46,160 nt of DNA, from the sequence record SRR2962707_2796; one strand, written 5' to 3'. Position 1 is the first letter of the stretch, and the number at the start of each line of letters is the position of its first letter. Of the stretch, positions 38,236 through 46,160 are shown piece by piece. Both the position numbers and the translations under genes were made by a program. The notes under the pieces were generated by a model, which did not search any database, had not been told where the DNA came from, and was given only the letters and a program-made list of their open reading frames with translations.

Positions 38236-39729
38236 ATGACATCCGAAACAAGTTCTCCAATTCTTACCTTGCGAAACATTCACAAGTCCTATGGGCCGAT
38301 TGAAGTTTTGCACGGCATCGACATGGAAATCCATGCCGGAGAAGTTGTGGCTCTTTTGGGTGAAAACGGTGCTGGCAAGTCTACGGTGTCTAATATCATC
38401 TCGGGGACGGTTCTGCCGTCCTCGGGGGAAATGACATGGCAGGGCGCAGATTATGCGCCCGCCACACCGCGCGAAGCAATTGATTTGGGGGTCGGCATGA
38501 TCCACCAGGAATTGTTGCTGTTGCCGCATCTTACAATCGCTGAGAACATTTTTGTGGGCCGGTATCCTATGAGGAATGGGATGGTGGACCGTAAAGAAAT
38601 GAATCGCCGCGCGCGCCAAGGCCTTGAGCGGCTTGGATTAGACATTTCACCACGTCGAACGGTCGAAGGTCTTTCTACTGCTAGCCAGCAGTTGATCGAA
38701 ATTGCCAAGGCGCTCACCTTGAATGCCAAGCTGCTTATTCTTGATGAGCCGACGGCAGCACTTGGTGGTGACGAAACAAAACTACTCTTTGCCCAGATTG
38801 AACGCCTAAAGGCCGAAGGCGTCGGGATCATTTATATCTCGCATCGCCTTGAAGAGATTAAACAAATTGCAGATCGTATTGTCGTCATGCGCGATGGGGA
38901 AAAGGTTCAGGATTTTGACACCGCTGACCTTCCAGTCCGGACTATCGTCGAAGCCATGGTCGGACGTAGTATGGATCAGATGTTCCCCCCGTTAACGGCG
39001 CCGTCCGAAGAAACTGTTTTGGAAGTTGAAAAACTTTCGTCCCCGTCGGGAAGTTTTGACGATGTGAACTTTTCAGTGAAAAAGGGCGAGATTTTCGGCA
39101 TCGCCGGACTTGTCGGAGCAGGGCGCACCGAACTTGTCAGAGCGATTGCAGGGGCAGACCCGATCAAAGCCGGAACTATCACGTTAAACGGCAAGGACAT
39201 TACGCCAAAATCCACAGGGGATGCGATTAAACATGGCATTGTGTTGGTCCCTGAGGATCGTAAACTTCAAGGTGTCATCCTTGATCATGGTATTCGCGAG
39301 AACATCGCCTATTCGAACTTTGATGCCGTCGGCAAAAGTGGCTGGATCTTTTCCCGCCGTGTTGACGAATTTGCCAATGAAAACATCAAGAAATTTGGCG
39401 TCAAAGGGGTTGGACGACAAAAGGCCGGAGAGATGTCAGGCGGCAACCAGCAAAAGGTTGTGATTGCCAAATGGCTCGCCCGTAATCCACGTGTTGTGCT
39501 GTTGGATGAGCCGACCCGTGGAATTGATGTGGGGGCCCGGTCTTCAATCTATGAAATCATCAATGGCCTCGCGGCCCAAGGCGTCGCGGTTATTGTTGTG
39601 AGTTCAGATCTTGAAGAGGTTCTGGGCGTTTCAAACCGCATCCTTGTGATGGCGGCAGGGCGCCAAACAGGTATTCTTGATCGTAGCGAGGCCAATGATG
39701 TCTCGGTTATGGAATTGGCAACTGCTTAA
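38236..39729 (+). CDS. Sugar ABC transporter ATP-binding protein (RbsA-like, two ABC domains)
   Basis: GENGAGKST, LDEPTA, YISHRL, PEDRK, SGGNQQKV, DEPTRGIDVGA. Confidence 0.95.
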   Translation: MTSETSSPILTLRNIHKSYGPIEVLHGIDMEIHAGEVVALLGENGAGKSTVSNIISGTVLPSSGEMTWQGADYAPATPREAIDLGVGMIHQELLLLPHLTIAENIFVGRYPMRNGMVDRKEMNRRARQGLERLGLDISPRRTVEGLSTASQQLIEIAKALTLNAKLLILDEPTAALGGDETKLLFAQIERLKAEGVGIIYISHRLEEIKQIADRIVVMRDGEKVQDFDTADLPVRTIVEAMVGRSMDQMFPPLTAPSEETVLEVEKLSSPSGSFDDVNFSVKKGEIFGIAGLVGAGRTELVRAIAGADPIKAGTITLNGKDITPKSTGDAIKHGIVLVPEDRKLQGVILDHGIRENIAYSNFDAVGKSGWIFSRRVDEFANENIKKFGVKGVGRQKAGEMSGGNQQKVVIAKWLARNPRVVLLDEPTRGIDVGARSSIYEIINGLAAQGVAVIVVSSDLEEVLGVSNRILVMAAGRQTGILDRSEANDVSVMELATA

Positions 39730-39748
39730 ATACTCTAGGGAGAATGGT

Positions 39749-40531
39749 ATGAACCGTTTTGAGGGAAAAACCGTCGTTGTGACCGGCGGCAATAAGGGTA
39801 TTGGGCTCGCCATAGCGACACGGTTCGCAGACGAGGGCGCCAATGTGGTGATTGCCTCGGTCGAGCCGCAGGTTGAAGACGTCGCCGCTGCCTTGCGTGA
39901 GACAGGCGCAAAGGCCCTTGGTGTCTTGTGCGACGTGACCGACCGAGATGCGGTTGTATCACTTTATGATCAAGCGGAAGCCGCTTTTGGTCCCGTGGAC
40001 ATATCCGTTCAAAATGCCGGTGTCATTACGATCGCCAAGATCGAAGATCTGACCGAACGTGAATGGGACATGAATATGAACGTCAACACAAAGGGCGCGT
40101 TCCTGTGTTGCCAAGAAGCGATCCGCCGGATGCGAAAAACCGGGAACGGCGGCAAGCTGATCAATATGGCCTCGGGGCAAGCGCGCGACGGTTTCATCTA
40201 CACCCCGCATTACGCCGCTTCCAAATTCGGCGTCATGGGGATGACTCAGAGCCTCGCGAAAGAAGTGGCGCTGGACAACATCACTGTGAACGCAATCTGT
40301 CCGGGGATCATCCGAACAGACATGTGGGCCTATAATGACAAAGTCTGGGGGGAAATGCTCGGCGATTTCAAACCAGGTGAGCTGATGGAGAGCTGGGTCC
40401 AGAACATCCCGATGAAGCGCGCAGGAGAAGGCAAGGACGTGGCGGGATTGATCGCTTTCTTGGCCAGCGATGACGCAGATTACATCACTGGGCAGACCAT
40501 CAACGTCGATGGCGGGCTGATCATGTCTTGA
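39749..40531 (+). CDS. SDR oxidoreductase (polyol/acetoin-dehydrogenase-like)
   Basis: TGGNKGIG, NAGV, YAASK, CPG, YITGQTINVDGG. Confidence 0.9.
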   Translation: MNRFEGKTVVVTGGNKGIGLAIATRFADEGANVVIASVEPQVEDVAAALRETGAKALGVLCDVTDRDAVVSLYDQAEAAFGPVDISVQNAGVITIAKIEDLTEREWDMNMNVNTKGAFLCCQEAIRRMRKTGNGGKLINMASGQARDGFIYTPHYAASKFGVMGMTQSLAKEVALDNITVNAICPGIIRTDMWAYNDKVWGEMLGDFKPGELMESWVQNIPMKRAGEGKDVAGLIAFLASDDADYITGQTINVDGGLIMS

Positions 40532-40570
40532 AAAAGACACGTGACCTAGAAAACTCTTCAGGAGATCGAA

Positions 40571-41359
40571 ATGACTAAACTCACCTTGAATGCTCCTGCA
40601 ATGTTCGAGCTGACGGACCGTGTGGCCCTTGTCACCGGCGCAGGTAGCGGTATTGGACAGAGAATTGCGTTGGGAATGGCGCAATGTGGTGCTGACGTGG
40701 CCTGTGTCGATCGTCGCACGGATGGCGGGTTGGCTGAAACTCTCGAACTGATTGCGGGGACAGGGCGCAAGGCGATTGCCATCGGTGCCGATGTCACGGA
40801 TCGCGCGGCGCTGGATGCTGCGGTTGCCCAGACCGAAGCCGATTTGGGTCCGCTTCGCATTGCTGTGAATGCGGCTGGGATCGCCAACGCAAATCCCGCC
40901 GAGGACATGAGCGAAGATCAGTACCAGACCCTTATGGATATTAACCTGAAGGGCATCTTTTTGTCCTGTCAGGCCGAAGCAAACGCTATGCTAAAGCACG
41001 GGCAGGGGGCGATCATCAATATCGCCTCTATGTCCGGAGTTATCGTGAATCGGGGGTTGATGCAGGCCCATTACAACGCATCCAAGGCGGGCGTGATCCA
41101 CATGTCCAAATCCATGGCGATGGAATGGGTGGATCGTGGGTTGCGGGTCAATACGATCAGTCCAGGCTATACTGCCACCCCGATGAACACCCGGCCGGAG
41201 ATGGTTCATCAGACAAAAGAGTTTGAGAGCCAGACGCCGATGCAACGGATGGCAAGTGTAGATGAAATCGTCGGTCCAGCCGTCTTTCTGGCATCGGATG
41301 CAGCCTCGTATTGTACCGGTGTAGATTTGCTGGTGGATGGTGGTTTTTGTTGTTGGTAA
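40571..41359 (+). CDS. SDR oxidoreductase (polyol dehydrogenase / ketose reductase-like)
   Basis: [16 protein letters not shown]...Q..YNASKA is typical of mannitol/arabitol-dehydrogenase-like SDRs; SPGY..T. Confidence 0.9.
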   Translation: MTKLTLNAPAMFELTDRVALVTGAGSGIGQRIALGMAQCGADVACVDRRTDGGLAETLELIAGTGRKAIAIGADVTDRAALDAAVAQTEADLGPLRIAVNAAGIANANPAEDMSEDQYQTLMDINLKGIFLSCQAEANAMLKHGQGAIINIASMSGVIVNRGLMQAHYNASKAGVIHMSKSMAMEWVDRGLRVNTISPGYTATPMNTRPEMVHQTKEFESQTPMQRMASVDEIVGPAVFLASDAASYCTGVDLLVDGGFCCW

Positions 41360-41369
41360 GGGTCTGGAA

Positions 41370-42119
41370 ATGAAATCGAAACTTGCCGCAGGCAATTGGA
41401 AGATGAACGGTCTCGGCGCAGAATTGTCCGAGATCGAAACACTTATCGCCAATATGGGAACTATGAGTTGCGACGTGCTTATTTGTCCGCCAGCGACATT
41501 GATTGCACGCATGTCCGTCCTTTCAGATGGCACTAACTTGCACGTCGGGGCGCAAGATTGTCACCCTGACGAGAGTGGCGCTCATACCGGCGATCTTTCC
41601 GCTGAGATGCTCGTAGATGCAGGCGCCAGCCATGTCATTCTGGGCCATTCCGAGCGCCGGGCCGACCATGGTGAAACGGATGCTGTGGTGAAGGCAAAAA
41701 CGGTCGCCGCGTGGCGGGCAGGTTTAAACGCGATCGTTTGTGTTGGTGAAACCGAAGCGCAGCGCGACGTTGGCGAAACGATAAACGTGGTTGCCGCTCA
41801 AATGGCCGGGTCTTTGCCTGATGGGTGTTTGGCGCATCAAACCGTTGTGGCATACGAACCGATATGGGCCATTGGTACAGGGCGGACACCGACGTTAGAG
41901 CAAATCGCTGAGGTACACGCCTTTATGCGCGCTGAACTTGTGAAAAGATTTCCAAGTGAGGCAAGTCAAATCAGATTGCTGTATGGCGGGTCCGTAAAAC
42001 CTTCAAATGCGGTGGACATTTTTGCTCAGCCTGACGTGGACGGGGCGCTTGTTGGGGGCGCTTCTCTGAAAGCCTTGGACTTTTCTCAGATTGTCCTCGC
42101 TTTAAACAGTGCGGAATAA
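41370..42119 (+). CDS. tpiA: Triosephosphate isomerase
   Basis: Canonical [42 protein letters not shown]. Confidence 0.95.
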   Translation: MKSKLAAGNWKMNGLGAELSEIETLIANMGTMSCDVLICPPATLIARMSVLSDGTNLHVGAQDCHPDESGAHTGDLSAEMLVDAGASHVILGHSERRADHGETDAVVKAKTVAAWRAGLNAIVCVGETEAQRDVGETINVVAAQMAGSLPDGCLAHQTVVAYEPIWAIGTGRTPTLEQIAEVHAFMRAELVKRFPSEASQIRLLYGGSVKPSNAVDIFAQPDVDGALVGGASLKALDFSQIVLALNSAE

Positions 42120-42201
42120 GAGAAAAACACACTCCACCTCTTGCGATATTGTCCACAAAAGAGGACATAACCGACGATGATCATCCTTTAGGAGACCCAA
42201 A

Positions 42202-43143
42202 ATGCCGAGTGTTCTTGATCAACTGCGTGAAATGACAGTTGTTGTCGCCGATACAGGCGAAGTTGCCGCTGTTGCACGCTATAAGCCGGTTGATTGTACA
42301 ACCAACCCCTCTTTGGTTCTGGGCGCGTTGAAGGACCCGGCTTCTGAAGGTTTGATTGCATCAGCCATCGAAACAGGCAGCAAAGCCGGGCTATCCCCTG
42401 AGCAGCTGACTGAAACTCTGACGGTTGCTGTTGGCGCAGAGCTGACCAAAATGGTTACTGGCCGGGTGTCGACCGAGGTAGACGCATGTTTGTCTTTTGA
42501 TACGCAAGCCTCTGTTGAACGTGGCCGTGCGATCATTGCTGACTATGCAGAGCGTGGCATTGGAAAAGAGCGGATTTTGATCAAGCTCGCCTCCACTTGG
42601 GAAGGTATCCGCGCCGCTGAGATTTTGCAGGACGAAGGCATCGACTGTAACCTCACGCTTCTGTTCTCGATGGCTCAGGCGGTTGCCTGTGCGGACGCCG
42701 GTGCGTTTTTGATCTCGCCTTTCGTAGGTCGTATCACAGATTGGTACAAAAAAGCCGAGGGTGTCGAAAGCTATCTTCCAGACGAAGATCCAGGCGTGAA
42801 ATCGGTTCGTAGCATTTACGATTATTACAAATCCAATGGCATCAAGACCGTTGTGATGGGCGCGTCTTTCCGCAACACAGATCAGATCAAAGCTCTGGCC
42901 GGTTGTGACAATCTGACAATCGCTCCGAAACTTCTGGATGCGTTGTCGCAAGACCAAGCCACACTGCCACGCGTTTTGTCTCCTGAAACGGCGCAGGATG
43001 CTGCACCGGTCAAAATGGACGAAGCCGCGTTCCGCTGGGCAATGAACAGCGATGCGATGGCGACAGAAAAACTGGCTGAAGGCATTCGTAACTTCGACGC
43101 CGACCACAAGAAACTTATCGAACTGGTCGCAGGCCGGATGTGA
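42202..43143 (+). CDS. tal: Transaldolase (long, TalB type)
   Basis: [46 protein letters not shown]. Confidence 0.95.
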   Translation: MPSVLDQLREMTVVVADTGEVAAVARYKPVDCTTNPSLVLGALKDPASEGLIASAIETGSKAGLSPEQLTETLTVAVGAELTKMVTGRVSTEVDACLSFDTQASVERGRAIIADYAERGIGKERILIKLASTWEGIRAAEILQDEGIDCNLTLLFSMAQAVACADAGAFLISPFVGRITDWYKKAEGVESYLPDEDPGVKSVRSIYDYYKSNGIKTVVMGASFRNTDQIKALAGCDNLTIAPKLLDALSQDQATLPRVLSPETAQDAAPVKMDEAAFRWAMNSDAMATEKLAEGIRNFDADHKKLIELVAGRM

Positions 43144-43167
43144 TCGGCTGAAAGGCTGACCAACTTA

Positions 43168-43205
43168 GCGCGGCTCCATCTGAAACTTGCTTTCTGGAGC
43201 CGCGC
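43168..43205 (+). terminator. Hairpin ending the sugar operon
   Basis: 11-bp perfect stem GCGCGGCTCCA...TGGAGCCGCGC. Confidence 0.6.
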
Positions 43206-43969
43206 CACGACCACTCTCATCTTCCGCTTTCAGACTAGGCTGCCTTTTAAAGCGACGTGTGATGAGACTTTTCTAATACAGTATTACTATAAAACAATGG
43301 CTTACATAGGGTTTCACGCGAGCCTTGTGTAATTGTTTTTGCGTCTTCCTGATGCGGATAACCGTACAGTCGGTCAGACCGGTTTACCGTAATGCCCAAA
43401 TGTTTGGACGTCCGTTGGTAATTCGAGGCAGGCTTTGCCACCCAGCATCCGCGGCACCCAAACCACTTATCAGGTTGATCTGGACCTAAAGACCACAAGA
43501 CGATGGTGGCGCAACAAAAACAGACCAAATATCGGCAGTTGCTTAATATCGGTTGAGTGGCTAAGTAAAAGATACAAGGGAACGCTGTTTTCTGCTGTCC
43601 AGGCGCATGGCCTGCCGATGCGAATTGCCTTCCTCCATCAAGAAAATTCAGCTGTCACACCCGTTACTGGGGTTTGGTGTATGAGAAGGTTGCCGATGCA
43701 TTCGCGTACGACCCAACCATTTGTGATGCCTGCTTTTCTGAGATCGGGGGCATCCAGCCGCGCGCTTGGCAAACGGTGTGCAAAGCGGCTTCCATATTCA
43801 GGTATTTCGGCTTCAGCAATAAGTTCTTTTGGACCGTTGCCATGGCCTAACTGTGCTGCGAAGTGCCCCCTTTGAAAGTCGCCTTTCAGGAGCGGCTTAA
43901 GTCCAAATCTAATCTACGTCGACAATTGAAACATAGTGAGACGGCGCTTTCTCCGTCAAAGGATCAAAA

Positions 43970-44323
43970 ATGACATTTCCAGAATGGACGAAACCCGGCA
44001 TCTACGGGGCGATCGCGGGCGCGATTGCAATCTCAATCCTTGGCTTTTCGGTCGGTGGCTGGACAACAGGCGGAAGCGCTCAAGAAATGGCTGAAGATCT
44101 CGCTGAGAAGGAAGTCACATTAGCCATGGTTCCTTTATGTGTCAGCATGTCAAAATCAGACCCTGAACGCATCGCAAAGATGGCGACGATTCAAGAGGCT
44201 TCCGGCTTCAGTCGCCGCAAAGCCGTTCTGGATACAGGGTGGGCGACACTGCCTGGAGAAGCAAATCCAAACCGGGATCTGGCCGCTGCTTGTGTTGACG
44301 CGCTAGAGCTTGACGCCTCCTAA
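43970..44323 (+). CDS. Hypothetical membrane-anchored protein (alphaproteobacterial type)
   Basis: AAGGA RBS; N-terminal TM KPGIYGAIAGAIAISILGF..GGW; two Cys and a GWATLPG motif. Confidence 0.8.
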   Translation: MTFPEWTKPGIYGAIAGAIAISILGFSVGGWTTGGSAQEMAEDLAEKEVTLAMVPLCVSMSKSDPERIAKMATIQEASGFSRRKAVLDTGWATLPGEANPNRDLAAACVDALELDAS

Positions 44324-44522
44324 GTAAGATGCCGCTGGTCTACGTAGCCTTCGTTGGTTGATGTTGCCCAGCGGCGCTTTCGTCTAGGTCATGTCCGACC
44401 AGAAACGACGTAAGCCCGCATCCGTTGTTCGCACTTAGACCGGCGGACGTGCGGCATGCGTCGCTGGTAAGAAATGACCGCCCAGCATGTTTAGGGCAGA
44501 AGGTGTTCTGACGTTCAGAACA

Positions 44523-45533
44523 TTATCCGCGAAATGGCTTCACATCCGGGATCGGCGCGTCAGGATGCAGCAACTCTTGTTCTTTCAGAGTGGTCCAAAA
44601 CCCTTGTGGAATATTTTGGTCAATCCATTTCAAAGTGTCCGAAAGCTCTGAAGTATTGCGTAAACCCGGAATGACAGAGGCGACAACCGGATGCCCAAGC
44701 GGGAATTGCAAGGCGGCGGCGGGCAGGTCGACGTTGAACATCGCACAGACCGCTTTGAGCCGTTCAACTTTTTGCCGAACCTCAGGCGGAACAGCCTCAT
44801 AGTTCCAAGTGTCTCCGCCGACCAGCACTCCAGAGTTGAAGGGACCGCCAACGATAATAGAGGTCCCGGCCTCCTGACATTTTGGCAGTAGGTCCGTCAG
44901 GGGCGCTTGCTCAAGTAAGGTATACCGCCCGGCGAGCAGGAACGCGTCCCAATCCCCAATTTCCAAAGCATCAAGGCAAATTTGTGCTTCGTTGACGCCA
45001 AGCCCAATCGCGGAAACCCTGCCTTCCTGACGCAGTGTTTCAAGTGCGCGATAGCCGCTGTCAGTTAGTGTTTTGAAGTGACGCGCGTTTTCGGAACCAT
45101 GCGTGACAACGCCAATGTCATGGACGAAAAGCATGTCGATGCGGTCCAGTCCGAGTCGCTGCAATGACTCGTCAAAGGACCGCATGATGGCATCATAGCT
45201 ATAGTCAAAAACCGGATGAAAGGGCAGGGCATCTGGCCAACCCAAAGAACTGGGGTCATCCATGGCTCCAGGTTCAAGCAATCGACCGACTTTTGTCGAT
45301 AATACATAGGACTTTCCGCGCAGAGTATCCCCAACGCGGCGTTCTGACAGGCCGAAACCATAGTACGGGGCTGTGTCCGCATACGTGAGGCCATGGTCCA
45401 TCGCGTGAGACAATGTCTGGCGCGCCTCATGGTCTGCAACAGCGTTGAACAAGCCTCCAAGAGGGGCCGTTCCAAAGCCCAGCGTGGGGATATGGAGCAC
45501 CGTCTGTCCGATCTGACGTTTGGAAAAGCTCAT
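44523..45533 (-). CDS. Aldo/keto reductase, D-threo-aldose 1-dehydrogenase (L-fucose dehydrogenase) / pyridoxal 4-dehydrogenase-like
   Basis: LGFGTAPLG, DTAPYYG.GLSE.R.G, STKVGRLL, FDYSYD, VHD, LAGRYTLL, GGPFNSG. Confidence 0.88.
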   Translation of the reverse strand: MSFSKRQIGQTVLHIPTLGFGTAPLGGLFNAVADHEARQTLSHAMDHGLTYADTAPYYGFGLSERRVGDTLRGKSYVLSTKVGRLLEPGAMDDPSSLGWPDALPFHPVFDYSYDAIMRSFDESLQRLGLDRIDMLFVHDIGVVTHGSENARHFKTLTDSGYRALETLRQEGRVSAIGLGVNEAQICLDALEIGDWDAFLLAGRYTLLEQAPLTDLLPKCQEAGTSIIVGGPFNSGVLVGGDTWNYEAVPPEVRQKVERLKAVCAMFNVDLPAAALQFPLGHPVVASVIPGLRNTSELSDTLKWIDQNIPQGFWTTLKEQELLHPDAPIPDVKPFRG

Positions 45534-46110
45534 GACGGCGTTCCTGGACGACCATCAAGACGTACTGCGCCCAGGGCTATCGGTGACGCTTTTCCATCAA
45601 GGTAATAAAGCTTAATCACTATTCTCTCCCATTCCCGCGAACCTGACGCAATTAGACTTTGGTCAATTGTTCTAGGCTTGAAATTAACCCTTGATGGAGA
45701 CAGGTCACAAGCTCGATCGACGAAGATCGACAGAAAAGCCGTGGCCAAAAATCGATTGGCCTATGAAGTTCCGTGGCGCATGTTGGCGCCCCCTCCAGCG
45801 AGAGGGCGCGGGATCAGGCCAAATCAGACGGGCGGTCAGGCTCGCGTGGTGCGGGTTACAGATTGCTCTTAGAGAATAACGTTGATCCAGACAGCGAAGC
45901 GGCTGTGCAGAAAGGTTTCAAATCTGTGCTCGCCGATTGTCCCTTGGGGGCGAAAATTTAACAGAAAGCCCTTGGCTTTGCGGCCCCGCGTCGATGGACG
46001 GCGCTTTCATTGGACCTGACCATAGACATGTTTGTCTTGGCTTAGGTCAGAGCTGGGGGAATATATTTTAAATTTTTAGGTAGCTAAGACAGCACCTTAA
46101 GTGGTGTCTT

Positions 46111-46160
46111 TGGTCGGGCTAGCAGGACTTGAACCTGCGACCTTCCGTCCCCCAGACGGA
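46111..46160 (-). tRNA. tRNA-Pro(GGG), 3' portion (5' end lies beyond the window)
   Basis: Minus strand: anticodon arm TCCGT-CTGGGGG-ACGGA, T-arm GCAGG-TTCAAGT-CCTGC, acceptor TAGCCCG-A-CCA. Confidence 0.93.

Noticed and set aside
43435-43875. 146-aa ORF and other short ORFs in the 43206-43969 spacer
   Set aside because: TTG start without a clear RBS and no family resemblance in the frames I read; a decayed gene cannot be excluded without BLASTX
46016-46110. Imperfect hairpins downstream of the tRNA (CTGACC...GGTCAG; AAGAC..CACC/GGTGTCTT)
   Set aside because: Bulged and without a clear U tract; cannot be called terminators or att sites with confidence
1-46160. CRISPR arrays, IS elements, integrases, rRNA, riboswitches
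   Set aside because: No regularly spaced repeats, transposase or recombinase ORFs, or recognisable RNA motifs seen by eye; an Rfam scan of the spacers would be needed to exclude sRNAs

Overview
This is a gene-dense accessory region of an alphaproteobacterium, most likely Rhodobacteraceae/Roseobacter-like (inferred from protein style, not verified). It lies just 3' of a tRNA-Pro(GGG) gene that the window end cuts. It is a patchwork of catabolic modules separated by long spacers. (1) A hydantoinase/oxoprolinase A+B pair coupled to opine-oxidase/HCN-synthase-like subunits, then an aldehyde dehydrogenase, a tartrate-dehydrogenase-like enzyme and GabD. (2) An MFS transporter and a ChaC-like cyclotransferase. 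(3) A catechol/beta-ketoadipate-type regulon: muconate cycloisomerase, CatR-like LysR, intradiol dioxygenase, an SCP2-like protein plus alpha/beta hydrolase, a Liv-type ABC importer and a BKACE. It has no catC, typical catD or pcaIJF in the window, and three of its promoters share one LysR-box architecture. (4) TetR plus an RND efflux pair with two operators. (5) An orphan operator-flanked promoter and a fused MFS-acyltransferase-acyl-ACP synthetase (Aas). (6) A SorC-regulated sugar/polyol locus (split transketolase, glycerol-kinase-like FGGY kinase, ABC importer, two SDRs, TIM, transaldolase) that resembles the D-apiose transketolase route but has no isomerase. (7) A conserved small protein and an aldo/keto reductase. 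I saw no transposase, integrase or CRISPR array. Modules 3 and 6 are the best candidates for undescribed pathways. All functional calls come from motif reading without database searches.
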